A stretch of 64,000 nucleotides of DNA from Eledone cirrhosa (lineage: Eukaryota). Where the stretch lies: assembly GCA_964016885.1 (NCBI GenBank), contig OZ024744.1:39308001-39372000 (forward strand), in the 5' to 3' direction. A model generated the notes under the pieces. The model did no database searches and had not been told where the DNA came from. It saw nothing but the letters and a program-made list of their open reading frames with translations. Positions 1 through 12,897 of this stretch are shown piece by piece. The position numbers and the translations under genes are program-made. Positions within the stretch are counted from its first letter, which is position 1; every line of letters starts with the position of its first letter.

Positions 1-3000
1 CACACAATAAGTCAGAAAGCCACACTAACACACAGTAAGTCAGCAAGCCACACTAACACAGTAAGTCAGCAAGCCACACTAACACACAGTAAGTCAGCAA
101 ACCACACTAACACACAGTAAGTCAGCAAGCCACACTAACACACAGCAAGTCAGCTAGCCACACTAACACACAGTAAGTCAGCAAGCCACACTAACACATA
201 GTAAGTCAGCAAGCCACATTAACACACAGTAAGTCAGCAAGCCACACTAACACACAGTAAGTCAGCAAGCCACACTAACACACAGTAAGTCAGCAAGCCA
301 CACTAACACAGTAAGTCAGCAAGCCACACTAACATACAGTAAGTCAGCAAGCCACACTAACACACAGTAAGTCAGCGAGCCACACTAACACACAGTAAGT
401 CAGCAAGCCACACTAACACAGTAAGTCAGCAAGCCACACTAACACACAATAAGTCAGAAAGCCACACTAACACACAGTAAGTCAGCAAGCCACACTAACA
501 CACAGTAAGTCAGCAAGCCACACTAACACACAGTAAGTCAGCAAGCCACACTAACACACAGTAAGTCAGCAAGCCACACTAACACACAGTAAGTCAGCAA
601 GCCACACTAACACACAATAAGTCAGAAAGCCACACTAACACACAGTAAGTCAGCAAGCCACACTAACACACAGTAAGTCAGCAAGCCACACTAACACACA
701 GTAAGTCAGCAAGCCACACTAACACACAGTAAGTCAGCAAGCCACACTAACACACAGTAAGTCAGCAAGCCACACTAACACACAATAAGTCAGAAAGCCA
801 CACTAACACACAGTAAGTCAGCAAGCCACACTAACACAGTAAGTCAGCAAGCCACACTAACACACAGTAAGTCAGCAAACCACACTAACACACAGTAAGT
901 CAGCAAGCCACACTAACACACAGCAAGTCAGCTAGCCACACTAACACACAGTAAGTCAGCAAGCCACACTAACACATAGTAAGTCAGCAAGCCACATTAA
1001 CACACAGTAAGTCAGCAAGCCACACTAACACACAGTAAGTCAGCAAGCCACACTAACACACAGTAAGTCAGCTAGCCACACTAACACACAGTAAGTCAGC
1101 TAGCCACACTAACACACAGTAAGTCAGCAAGCCACGCTAACACACAATAAGTCAGTAAGCCACACTAACACACAGTAAGTCAGCAAGCCACACTAACACA
1201 CAGTAAGTCAGCAAGCCACACTAACACACAGTAAGTCAGCAAGCCACACTAACACACAATATGTCAGCAAGCCACACTAACACACAGTAAGTCAGCAAGC
1301 TACACTAACACACAATATGTCAGCAAGCCACACTAACACACAGTAAGTCAGCAAGCCACACTAACACACAGTAAGTCAGCAAGCCACACTAACACACAGT
1401 AAGTCAGCAAGCCACACTAACACACAGTAAGTCAGCTAGCCACACTAACACACAGTAAGTCAGCAAGCCACACTAACACACAGTAAGTCAGCAAGCCACA
1501 CTAACACACAATATGTCAGCAAGCCACACTAACACACAGTAAGTCAGCAAGCCACACTAACACACAGTAAGTCAGCAAGCCACACTAACACACAATATGT
1601 CAGCAAGCCACACTAACACACAGTAAGTCAGCAAGCCACACTAACACACAGTAAGTCAGCAAGCCACACTAACACACAGTAAGTCAGCAAGCCACACTAA
1701 CACACAGTAAGTCAGCAAGCCACACTAACACACAGTAAGTCAGCTAGCCACACTAACACACAGTAAGTCAGCAAGCCACACTAACACACAGTAAGTCAGC
1801 AAGCCACACTAACACACAATATGTCAGCAAGCCACACTAACACACAGTAAGTCAGCAAGCCACACTAACACACAGTAAGTCAGCAAGCCACACTAACACA
1901 CAGTAAGTCAGCAAGCCACACTAACACACAGTAAGTCAGCAAGCCACACTAACACACAGTAAGTCAGCAAGCCACACTAACACACAGTAAGTCAGCAAGC
2001 CACACTAACACACAGTAAGTCAGCAAGCCACACTAACACACAGTAAGTCAGCAAGCCACACTAACACACAGTAAGTCAGCTAGCCACACTAACACACAGT
2101 AAGTCAGCAAGCCACACTAACACACAGTAAGTCAGCAAGCCACACTAACACACAGTAAGTCAGCTAGCCACACTAACACACAGTAAGTCAGCAAGCCACA
2201 CTAACACACAGTAAGTCAGCAAGCCACACTAACACACAGTAAGTCAGCAAGCCACACTAACACACAGTAAGTCAGCAAGCCACACTAACACACAGTAAGT
2301 CAGCAAGCCACACTAACACACAGTAAGTCAGCAAGCCACACTAACACACAACAAGTCAGAAAGCCACACTAACACACAGTAAGTCAGCAAGCCACACTAA
2401 CACACAGTAAGTCAGCAAGCCACACTAACACACAGTAAGTCAGCTAGCCACACTAACACACAGTAAGTCAGCAAGCCACACTAACACACAGTAAGTCAGC
2501 AAGCCACACTAACACACAGTAAGTCAGCAAGCCACACTAACACACAGTAAGTCAGCAAGCCACACTAACACACAATAAGTCAGCAAGCCACACTAACACA
2601 CAATAAGTCAGCAAGCCACACTAACACACAGTAAGTCAGCAAGCCACACTAACACACAGTAAGTCAGCAAGCCACACTAACACACAGTAAGTCAGCAAGC
2701 CACACTAACACACAGTAAGTCAGCAAGCCACACTAACACACAGTAAGTCAGCAAGCCACACTAACACACAGTAAGTCAGCAAGCCACACTAACACACAGT
2801 AAGTCAGCAAGCCACACTAACACACAGTAAGTCAGCTAGCCACACTAACACACAGTAAGTCAGCAAGCCACACTAACAGACAGTAAGTCAGCAAGCCACA
2901 CTAACACACAGTAAGTCAGCAATCCACACTAACACACAATATGTCAGCAAGCCACACTAACACACAGTAAGTCAGCAAGCCACACTAACACACAGTAAGT

Positions 3001-3180
3001 CAGCAAGCCACACTAACACACAATATGTCAGCAAGCCACACTAACACACAGTAAGTCAGCAAGCCACACTAACACACAGTAAGTCAGCAAGCCACACTAA
3101 CACACAGTAAGTCAGCAAGCCACACTAACACACAATATGTCAGCAAGCCACACTAACACACAGTAAGTCAGCAAGCCACA
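1..3180. repeat. 28-bp tandem satellite (CACACTAACACACAGTAAGTCAGCAAGC)n, roughly 110 copies, runs off the window start
   Basis: Directly visible 28-nt period (e.g. 481 vs 509) with recurrent variants (CAATATGT, GCTAGC, GAAAGC, 2-bp deletions). Confidence 0.98.
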
Positions 3181-3593
3181 CAGCTAAACAAGATAAAGCC
3201 AAGTCAAGCCAGAAACAAAACAAAAAGCTATTAACCCAATTCTCAACCCTGTCTTGTAACCAAACACATTTCATGTAAATGCACAACAGCATATTATACA
3301 TGGACATTCTCAAAACAAATAGTGTGTCTGTGTATGTATGCATGTGAGTGTATGAATGTACATGTGAGTGTCTGTATATACTCTCCACATACATATATGT
3401 ATATACAAAGACCTATATATATATATATATATATATGTGTATATGCATATACACATATTCACAGGTGAAACTCCAGAGTGACAAGACTTATTACATACCC
3501 ATAATAAAGAATATTTAAACTTCAATTGAGTACTCATTCTCAAGTCCATCAACATCACACGGATGCACACAATGGACATTCTTTCTCTCTTTC

Positions 3594-3624
<31 letters not shown>

Positions 3625-3732
3625 ATATATATGTGAGTGTGTATATATATATATGTGTGTATGTATGTAATATATATATATATGTGTATATATGTATATA
3701 CATATATGTTTGTGTGTGTGTATATATATATA

Positions 3733-4510
3733 TCATCATCATCATCATCATCATTTTACTTCAGCGATCTAAGGTCTGCTCTCACCACCTCCGCCCATGT
3801 ATTTCGCAGTCTTCCTCTACTGGCATTTCCTGGCACTTCTTTACCCAGCGGTCATCCTCCATGCGCATCACATGTCCATACCACCTCAGTCTTCTCTCCC
3901 GCACACTCAACTTTTCCCTCTTAAACACAGTTTCTCTCTCAACACATCCATGCTCGGTCATTCACACACATTAACATTGCACATCCAACGGAGCAGGCTT
4001 GCCTCATTTCTCTCCAACCATCGCAGATCCTCTGCAGTTGCTGCCCATGTATCACTACCATGCAGCATCGCGCACCTCACACAGGCTTCATGTAACCGGC
4101 CTTTCGTACGCAGGGAGAAACCCTTCGTCAGCAGAGGAAGCAGGTCCCTAAACTTCTTCCAACCCGTCCTTATTCTAGATACTATGGCCTCAGACCCCAG
4201 ACCCCCCCTTCCCCTGTTAATCTGATCACCTAGGTACCGGAAGCTATCCACCACTTCTATAGCACCCGCCTGCATTTGAAAAATGTGTCTATCAATGCGA
4301 CTTCTACTGTCTAATTTCCCTGTACATCTACTGCATACGTATTTCTCCCTACCTGTTAGTTTGCCTGCTATCCCACTACATCTCTTGTGTACCAAAGATC
4401 TGCATTGTGTAAATTTTATAGAATTTATGCCAGTCGAACATGGCCATTTCCCTGATGGAATCAGAGTTTTGTCCTCTTTTCTACTCATCACCCCTTTTGA
4501 CTTAGCTAGG
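3733..4510 (-). mobile_element. RTE-clade LINE fragment (RT C-terminus with PHD-like insert), internally deleted
   Basis: ORF 3958-4587(-): [37 protein letters not shown]; (ATG)n tail at 3733-3753; TA/TG microsatellite on both sides. Confidence 0.9.
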
Positions 4511-4567
4511 TATATGTGTGTGTGTGTGTGTATATGTATATATATATATGTGTATGTATATGTGTAT

Positions 4568-6207
4568 ATCATCATCATCATCATCATCAGGTTTAGCGTC
4601 CGTGTTCCACGCTTGCATGGGTTTGGACGGGGGTTTTCCCACTTGAGGCAAGAGTGGTTGTCTTGCTTGCATAGGACTGTCTGGCGGGTTTTCTACAGTT
4701 GGATGCCCTTCCTAACACCAACCACATTTACAGTGTGGGGCTGGGAGGTTTTTACCGTGTTGCCTACACGGCCACATTACAGCGTGGACTGTCTGGCGGG
4801 TTTTCTACAGCTGGATGCCCTTCCTAACACCAACCACATTTATAGTGTGGGGCTGGGAGGTTTTTACCGTGTTGCCTACACGGCCACATTTACAGCGTGG
4901 ACTGTGTGTTTTTTTGTCGTGACACCTACACGATCTCATTTGTTTCGGGCTGGATGTTGTGGGACCAACATAACTTTACATTGAAAGGGGCGGTGTGGAT
5001 GGGGATGGGGGGGTGTTTTGATAGAGATGCCTACTAACTGTAGTAGGTTTTTACTTTGTATTTAAGTAAGGCGGGTCTTCTCTATTACTGAGTACCGCCA
5101 AAGGTCTCGGTCCAGTGACATTGTCTTGGAGAGGTGTAAGCGTGTGAGGTCGGAATTTATCAGCTCGTCCCATGTTTTTCTGGGTCTGCCTACTCCGTGG
5201 CTACCGTCTATCTTTATTGCCCTGCACTTTGTTATACAGCTGTCGTCTTTCATGCGCATCACGTGACCGTACCAACGTAGCCTTCTCTCGAGTAAACAAC
5301 ATCTGATCCCTCTTATTTCTAATTTTTTCCTTAGTTCGTTTATGCTTTGCCGTTCACGTATATTACTATTGCACATCCAGCGGAGCATGCAAGCTTCGTT
5401 CCTCTTTAGTCTGCGTATATCCTCTGCACACAATGCCCAGGTCTCACTGCCATGCAGCATTGATGTTCGTATGCAGGCATCGTATAACCTGCCTTTCATT
5501 TTTAGGGAGAACCCTCTAGCGGCTAATAGTGGTATAAGCTCTCTGAACTTTTTCCATCCAGTTCTGACTCTAGCTACTGTACTTTCAGAGCACCCTCCCC
5601 CACTGCTGATTTTGTCACCCAGGTAACGGAAGCTGTCCACTATTTCTATAGAACCCTCTGCGCAGTTGAAGGAGCTAGTATTTTGTGGGCACTTGCTGCT
5701 ACTTATTGCACCAGAGCACCGGCCACATGTAAAATCTATGTTCTTAGTTAGCTTACCTGTGATCCCACTACATCTTTTATGCACCCATACTTTGCATTTG
5801 GGACATAAAATGGAGTTTCTACCTACGCCTTTCCTACACACTGAGCATGGCCATTTCCCAGATGGGACTGCCGCCTTATTTTCTTTCCTACAAACTAGAA
5901 CTTTAGTCTTAGCCAGGTTAATTTTAAGGCCTTTTGATTCTAGGCCGTGCTTCCATGTTTGGAATTTCTTCTCTAGTTCGGTCATTGATTCAGCTATGAG
6001 CGTTAGATCATCTGCGTATAGGAGTTCCCATGGGCAGCCGGTCTTGAACTCCTCTGTTATAGCCTGAAGGGCAATAATAAATAGTAGGGGGCTAAGAACA
6101 GAGCCCTGATGGACACCAACTTTTACGCTAAACTCTTCACTATATTCGTTGTTAATTCTAACCTTACTGACTGTTTCTTTATACATGGCTTGTATAGCTC
6201 TCACAAT
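4568..6207 (-). mobile_element. RTE LINE family A, 5'-truncated; RT 3' half open (5062-6204), 3'UTR and (ATG)n tail
   Basis: [42 protein letters not shown] motifs; 3'UTR shared with 34140-34520 and 52385-52775; ~112-bp tandem duplication in the UTR (about 4674-4897). Confidence 0.95.
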
Positions 6208-6214
6208 GTATATA

Positions 6215-7974
6215 TCATCATCACCGTTTTACGTCCGTTCTTCCACGCTAGCATGGGTTAGACGGGTTGTCCTGTTGTGGGCAGTGTCTGGTCGGCTGAC
6301 CATGCCTTGCTCATACAGGAACTGATCTGGCTTGATTTCTACAGCTGGATGCCCTTCCTAACACCAACCTCATTTACAGTGAGTGCTGGGTGCTTTTTCG
6401 TGGCGCCTACACGTCCACTTTACAGTGTGGGCTGGGTGCTTTTTTGCCGTGGCACCTCCACGACCACCTTGCGGTGGGGGGGGGGGGGGGCATATTGTTT
6501 ATATGCTTCAGCATGTACCCGTGGGAGGTCGGGTACCCTGTATTACTGCGTGACGCCAGAAGTCACGGTCGTGTGTCATTGACTTTGAGAGGTGTAGTTG
6601 GGTAAGGTCGGCTTTTATCACCTCATCCCAAGTCATCTTGGGTCTCCCCACTCCGCGGTTTCCATCAACTTCTAGTGCTCTGCACCTTTTTATGCAGCTG
6701 TCATCCTTCATACGCATCACATGTCCATACCAGCGTAACCGCCTCTCCTGCACGCAGCATTTGATTCCTCTTATGCTCAGTCTCTCTCTCAATTCATTTA
6801 TGCTTTGTCGTTCACGTATATTACTGTTACACATCCATCGGAGCATGCAGGCTTCGTTTCTCTCTAATCTACGTAAGTCTTCCACCTTCAGCGCCCAGGT
6901 CTCACTACCATGCAACATCGCTGTTCGGATACACGCATCATACAGTCTGCCTTTCATTCTGAGGGAGAAGCCTTTTGCAGCTAGCAGTGGTAGTAGTTCC
7001 CTAAACTTCTTCCATCCCGTTCTTACCCTAGTTATTGTACTTTCTGAGCACCCACCTCCGTTGCTAATTCGGTCACCTAGGTAGCAGAAGCTGTCTACTG
7101 TTTCTACAGGGCCCTCCCAGAGATTGGTGGTACTTGTTTCCTGTGGCTGTTTGCTTGCTGTTTCAGCACAGCTGCTGCATGTGAATCCTACATTCTTAAT
7201 TAAGCTTCCTGAGATCCCGCTACATCTCTTGTGTACCCATTGTTTGCATTTGGGGCAAAGAATGGAGTTCCTACCTACACCTTTCCTACATACTGAGCAA
7301 GGCCATTTCCCTGAGGGGATCTGGGTTCTGTTTTCTCGTCTACTTATAAGGACCTTAGTCTTTGTCATGTTGACTTTGAGGCCCTTTCTCTCTAGTCCCT
7401 GCTTCCAGGTTTGGAATTTATTCTCTAGTTCTACCATAGATTCAGCTATGAGTGCGAGGTCATCAGCATACAGGAGTTCCCATGGGCATCCGGTCTTAAA
7501 CTCCTCCGTTATTGCCTGCAGGACTATGATGAACAGGAGAGGGCTAAGAACAGAGCCCTGGTGGACCCCAACCTGTACGCTAAATTCCTCGCTATACTCA
7601 TTGCCAATCCTAACTTTGCTGACTGCTCCCCTATACATGGCTTGTACCGCTTTCACAAGCCATTCATCTACTCCTAGTTTTCTAAGAGCCCACCAGATTA
7701 CTGCACGTGGAACTCTGTCAAAGGCTTTCTCAAGGTCGACAAATGCCAAGTAGAGTGGCTTACTTTTAGCTAGGTACTTTTCCTGTAATTGCCTCACAAG
7801 GAAGAGCGCATCAGTGGTGCCTTTCCCTGGTACAAACCCAAATTGCATCTCGTCTATATTCACCCGGTCCCTAATCAGCTGTGCTATAACTCTTTCTGTT
7901 ACTTTCATGACCTGGTCCATCAACTTTATACCTCTATAGTTTCCTCTATCTAGTGCATCGCCTTTACCTTTGTA
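6215..7974 (-). mobile_element. RTE LINE family B, 5'-truncated at the start of RT, open frame
   Basis: [42 protein letters not shown]; closely similar to 46985-48770; (ATG)n tail. Confidence 0.95.
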
Positions 7975-8040
7975 TATATATATATATATATGTGTATGTA
8001 TATGTATATATGTATATATATATATGTGTATGTGTATATG

Positions 8041-8075
<35 letters not shown>

Positions 8076-8225
8076 ATATATATATATATATGTATATACA
8101 TGTGTGTATGTATGTATATATTATGTGTGTATGTATGTATATATATATGTATGTATATATATATGTATATATATATGTGTATGTATATGTATATATGTAT
8201 ATATATATATGTATATGTGTATATG

Positions 8226-8275
<50 letters not shown>

Positions 8276-8308
8276 CATGTGTGTATGTATGTATATATTA
8301 TGTGTGTG

Positions 8309-8345
<37 letters not shown>

Positions 8346-8346
8346 A
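7975..8346. repeat. compound (TA)n/(TG)n microsatellite with an internally duplicated block
   Basis: Direct observation; the block TATACATGTGTGTATGTATGTATATATTATGTGTGT recurs near 8095 and 8275. Confidence 0.95.
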
Positions 8347-8885
8347 TGTCATCCCATCAGGTGTAATGACTTGGGCTTTGGTGTTGGTGTAGAGCAGTGA
8401 TATCAGGTCCACTATCTTCTTGGGGATTCCATAAGCCTGTAAGATCTTCATTGCTGTAGTGGAGTCTGTGCTGCTGTACGGGTCTGAGACTGGGACACTG
8501 ACCAAGAAACTCACTCAGATGGTGGATGGGTGTTACACGAGAATGCTGAGAATGGCTCTGAACATTAATCAGTATACACTGAGGATGAAAAACTCAGAGC
8601 TGTACGGGAGCCCCTCAAAAGTCAGCTCAAAAGTGACACAGAGGAGAATGAGGTTAGCTGAACATGCTCACCGACATCGAGAGTTGACACTGCACTCAGT
8701 GCTCCTGTGGGAGCCCCTACATGGACACACGGGAAGGGGAAGACCAAGGTTAACATATGTTGATGCCCTAAGGACAGACACTGGTCTGTTGGAGACGCAG
8801 GACATGTCAGCGATGAGGGACAGAGACCGCTGGTGAGAACTCGTCCATGGATCTCTGGAATTTTACCCGCCCTAGATAGATAGAT
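8347..8885 (+). mobile_element. third RTE-like LINE family, short copy with a 5' inversion
   Basis: + strand [10 protein letters not shown]...GRGRPRLTYVD (post-RT region); - strand 8347-8451 [33 protein letters not shown] (mid-RT); (TAGA)n tail near 8873. Confidence 0.8.
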
Positions 8886-9968
8886 GTGTATGTAGCAAGC
8901 TACTTTCTTTTGGCTTATTGATAAGCTATTCGTGCGTGATTTGTCTAAGTCAGGCCAATCGTAAGCCGCGCAAACAAAGATTTTCCCACTTCTTTCGTAT
9001 ATACTCTCTCTTGCTGCTTGGATTTTGAAAGGAAAAGACACTATTATGTAACGGTGAGATTTTCACTTTGGCCTGTCGGCTCCTTGGGCCTGGCTCAGCG
9101 CCGCTCTTGCTTCTTAACTCCTAATTTGTTTATTCCTTTGTTTGACATGTCAGCTCAACTCAACTCTTTGTAATTAGTTGTGAATAAAAACATGTAAAAA
9201 TGTTATCATGGACTTACGACTATATCAACAAACATTTATTTTCAGCTAACATTGCCACATAACAAAACCTGCATTTTCTTGCTAGTAAAATCATCACCTC
9301 AAACTGCTGTGACCTCAAGCCGAAGCTGAAACATATAGACAATATGACCCCACCCCCTACCACTGCTAAGCGGTCGTGGAGGTGCCACGGCAAAAAAGCA
9401 CATTACAGCGTGGACTGTTTTTTTTTTGTTTTTTTGTCTCATTAGTTTGGACTGGATGTTAGGGTGCCAACATAACTTTATAGAGAAAGGGTGGTGTTGG
9501 CGGGAGTGGAAGGATGGAGTGGGAGTAGTGGGCTGGAGGAGTCTACTGACTGTAGGTTAACTTTGCACGTAGGGAAGGACATGCTGTAAAGTTATTAGCA
9601 TTAGGAAGAGCATCTAGCTGTAGAAATTAATTTAAAAATGGAATGTTTGAGCAAGTCATAATCAACTGACTTGTCTAGCCTCAATGCCACAACTGGTCTA
9701 ACATAAGCAAGCAGATGTTAGTGTTGATGATTTTAATGAAGCCTTAAGAAACACAAAGTCTCTGTTTCTCCTACAACTTCTTCAGGAGTTACAGGTAAAA
9801 AAATGTACATCCTGGAGTCTGCAGGATCAGCTTAGGCATCGAAAACCCTTGGTGCATATTATCAAGTAATGTATGATTGTGGGTGACAGCCCTAGTGTGC
9901 ATATTGTGAGTGTGTACACACATACACACGTAAGATTTTGATTAATTGATCTATAAATATGTATATAT

Positions 9969-10135
9969 ACAGGAAAAAATCCGTTATAACGAATTTTTCA
10001 GTATAACGAAATTTTTCCAATCCCCGAGGTAATAGCAAACGCTCTATTTGTTTCGGACGATCTCGTTATAAAGAATTTTTCGTTACAACGAATTTTTTTA
10101 TACCTCGTGAATTTCGTTATAACGGAATTTCACTA
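9969..10135. mobile_element. Tc1/pogo(Tigger)-like MITE
   Basis: Inverted ends AATCCGTTATAACGAA...TTCGTTATAACGGAAT with repeated TATAACGAA subunits; TA-rich flanks. Confidence 0.6.
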
Positions 10136-10607
10136 ATATAAAATGAAAAAAAAACGTTGACATATATCAAGCATTAACAGAAGAAATTTGTAAAACGATG
10201 TAAGAACATCTATCTAATTCCAGTAGGTAGAATATTTAAAATATAAATACCTAAATTTCAGTATCCTTGCATACTGATTCTATTTCACTAACTTGAATGG
10301 CTGAGTTCAATAGTCAACCAAACGACCATCAGTGTAAGGTAATTATGGACTCACAACTGCTAAAATACAAATCCTTAACTGAAGAAAAACGCACATGGTT
10401 AAAAACACTACGTCTAATTTTTGTCTCAGTGACGTGAAAGAAATATTGATAGCTGGAAATAGCAGCCAAACGTTTTCAACTATATCAGCTTAAAATATAT
10501 TTAGGAGCATATTTATATTACTAACAACAATAAGAATGTCAAGTCTAAAAAAAGTTGTTGTTTTTTCAGACAAGCGCCATATCACCTGTAATTCCAGCTC
10601 TAGGAAT
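10135..10607. repeat. left part of a foldback/partial-tandem element that continues at 12438-12897
   Basis: 10135-10275 is a direct copy of about 12455-12605; 10536-10607 is the reverse complement of about 12833-12897. Confidence 0.75.
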
Positions 10608-10644
10608 TAATCTCATTCTAAAGAGAGATTAATTCCAGCTCTAG

Positions 10645-11106
10645 GAATTAATCTCATTCTAAAGAGAGATTTGGCCCGGGCAAACATCCCCTCGATCTTG
10701 GAACCATGGGTTGCCCAGAAGTAATGGGAAAAGACCTGAGGGTCTTACCCTGTGTTCCGGTCGAGAGGTAGATGCCTTGTCTGGGACGTCACAGTTAGTG
10801 ACTCTTTTTCTTCTTCCCACATCCTGGGTGCTGCGGTTAGGGCGAGAACCTCAGCTTCAGCAGTCGAACGGAAGAAAATCGTAAAATACTGTGATCTGTC
10901 GGTCAACTACATTTTCCAGCCTATGACGTTCGAGACATTTGGAGAAGTCGAGCTACTGACTACGAGATTCCTATCTTCATTGGCGGCTCGCCTAACTGAG
11001 GTAACTGGTGAAGCTCGTGAGGGCGCTTGGTTGTTCCAGCGTATCAGCCTGGCCATCATCCGAGGTAATGCCGCAAGCGTGCTGGCTTGCCTCAAAAATC
11101 ATTAGA
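10645..11106 (+). mobile_element. CRE-clade non-LTR retrotransposon 3' fragment (restriction-like endonuclease domain), frameshifted
   Basis: Translations ILKRDLARANIPSILEP...GKRPEGLT...RGRCLVWDVTV...ERKKIVKY...FETFG...LFQRISLAIIRGNAASVL match the PD..D RLE C-terminus of CRE elements; 41-bp tandem duplication at the 5' junction. Confidence 0.8.
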
Positions 11107-11312
11107 GAGGTTTCCCAGTGCTCCTCACGATACTGTTATATTTTGCTCTGGTAGTGGCTTGGTTGTCCACCCCTTTCGCCTGCTTTTGTTGTATGTCATC
11201 CTAGATGTGTGTGCTAACCGCTTCTGTGGTTTCTTTTTCGTTTTTTTCTTCTTCTTTTTACTTTCTTTTCATTTTTTTTTCTGTTCTTCCTTTCCTTTTC
11301 CTTTATATCATA

Positions 11313-12150
11313 CTAGCAGTAAAGCCCGGCGTTGCTCGGGGTCGCTCAGTAGCTGTGTTAAAGTTACAATGTTAAGTTTCTTTTTTGGCTTAAAAACTGT
11401 AGTGTCTACTGTGCAGACTTGCATGTGGTGTTTTTGATTAATATTCCCTCAACCAACAATATGCCTTATGAAGTTAAGAAAACATAACGATAACCCGAAT
11501 GTTATAACAAAAGAGGATGCTGGGGATAGAAACTGCACTGGTTATTTATTAACAAAGATCGAAAATGTAAACACTGCAACGCAGAGAAAAACATTAGCGT
11601 AACCAAATTATCAGTTATGTCTGTCTGCACGCCTATATCACCTCTCTGCACGACTGTCTGTCTGCACGCCTATATCACCTCTCTGCACGACTGTCTGTCT
11701 GCACGCCTAACGACGAAACATTTGCTTGTTTTACGTAGTCTTTAAATAGACTTGTTTTCAAGTAAAAATATTGTTTTAAAATGCTTTTAAATGGAAATGA
11801 AGCAAAACGGAAGCTTAGTGTTCGAACTGATGAATTTTGCAGGTCAATATTTTGCTGGCTCGACAACTGTTCGTAAACGCTGAGAAAGCCAGCGTAATTT
11901 TTTACGTAAGACGCTCAATGTAAACAGAACAAAGGGAAATAACTGATAACTTACGCTCAAAAATCGATACATTATATTCGATTTCGTCACATAGGGTGGG
12001 TCAATTTGAAATTTTTTTTTTTCCGATGTCTTCGCTAGGGCTCAATGTACAAGTATAGCAATTTCGGTGCAATTCCGTGAGAGATTCTAAGAGGAGATGT
12101 GTGCCAAAAATCGATAGACAGACAGACAACCACAGTTTTATATATATAGA
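11313..12150 (-). mobile_element. non-autonomous Helitron
   Basis: On the - strand: 5' TC(TATATATAAAAC...), 3' hairpin CCCGAGCAACGCCGGG then CTAG; inserted between A and T with no TSD; (CTGT)n near the 5' end; ~37-bp internal tandem repeat at 11620-11708. Confidence 0.85.
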
Positions 12151-12198
12151 TTTGTTTGTGCTTATGTCCGGTAAGCATTGTATTATTATATTTCTTCT

Positions 12199-12394
12199 TG
12201 GGTGGTAGACTGGTAGTATCAGAAGAGGGTCTGACGCCATGCTTTGCAGCAACGAGTTACGTCCCTTTATGGTCTGAGTTCAAATCCCGCTGAGGTTAAC
12301 TTTGCTTTTCATCCTTATGGGGTCGATAAAATAAAATACCAGTAATACACCGAGTATTTGCTGGCCTTGTGCCAAAAGTAGAAACAATTATTAT
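12199..12394 (+). mobile_element. tRNA-derived SINE with MetaSINE-like core
   Basis: A box TGGTAGTATCAG, B box GAGTTCAAATC, core TTTCATCCTTATGGGGTCGATAAAATAAA.TACCAG, (ATT)n tail; many copies in the window. Confidence 0.85.
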
Positions 12395-12437
12395 ATTTCT
12401 TCTTGTACAATAGAAATTTGTTAATAAAATTTATTCG

Positions 12438-12897
12438 GAATAAATCCGAGCATTTATTATAAAATAAAAAAACGGTGGACATATACTTAAATATAACAAG
12501 CATTAACAAGAGAAAGTTTGTAAAACAATGTAAGAACATATACTTAATTCCAAAAAGTAGAATATTTAAAATGTAAATATCTAAATTTCAGTATCCTTGC
12601 ATGCATATTCTATAGATCGTTTGAACTTAGCCATTTAATTTCGTGAATCATTCTTAAACAATAATAGAATATGTATGCAAGGATACTGAAATTTACGTAT
12701 TTAGATTTTAAATATTCTACCTTTTGGAATTAGATATATGTTCTTACATCGTTTTACAAATTATCTCCTGTTAAACTTGATATATGTAAGTATGTCAACC
12801 GGTTTTTAATTTTATAATGAATGCTCGAATTTATTCCTAGAGCTTGAATTAGGTGATATAGCGCTCGTCTGAAAAAAAAAATTTAGACTTGACATTG
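12438..12897. repeat. imperfect foldback (arms about 12438-12613 and 12664-12836, extending to 12897)
   Basis: Arms are reverse-complementary, e.g. TTTCAGTATCCTTGCAT / ATGCAAGGATACTGAAA. Confidence 0.85.

Noticed and set aside
1-3180. CRISPR-like array
   Set aside because: Repeats are contiguous with no unique spacers; eukaryotic context; no cas genes.
6508-8514. 668-aa ORF as a single protein
   Set aside because: Chance stop-free fusion of two different LINE fragments through a TA/TG microsatellite (YIYT-rich linker).
10376-10420. CTGAAGA...AAAAC on the + strand as a hammerhead
   Set aside because: Core G missing and stems are poor.
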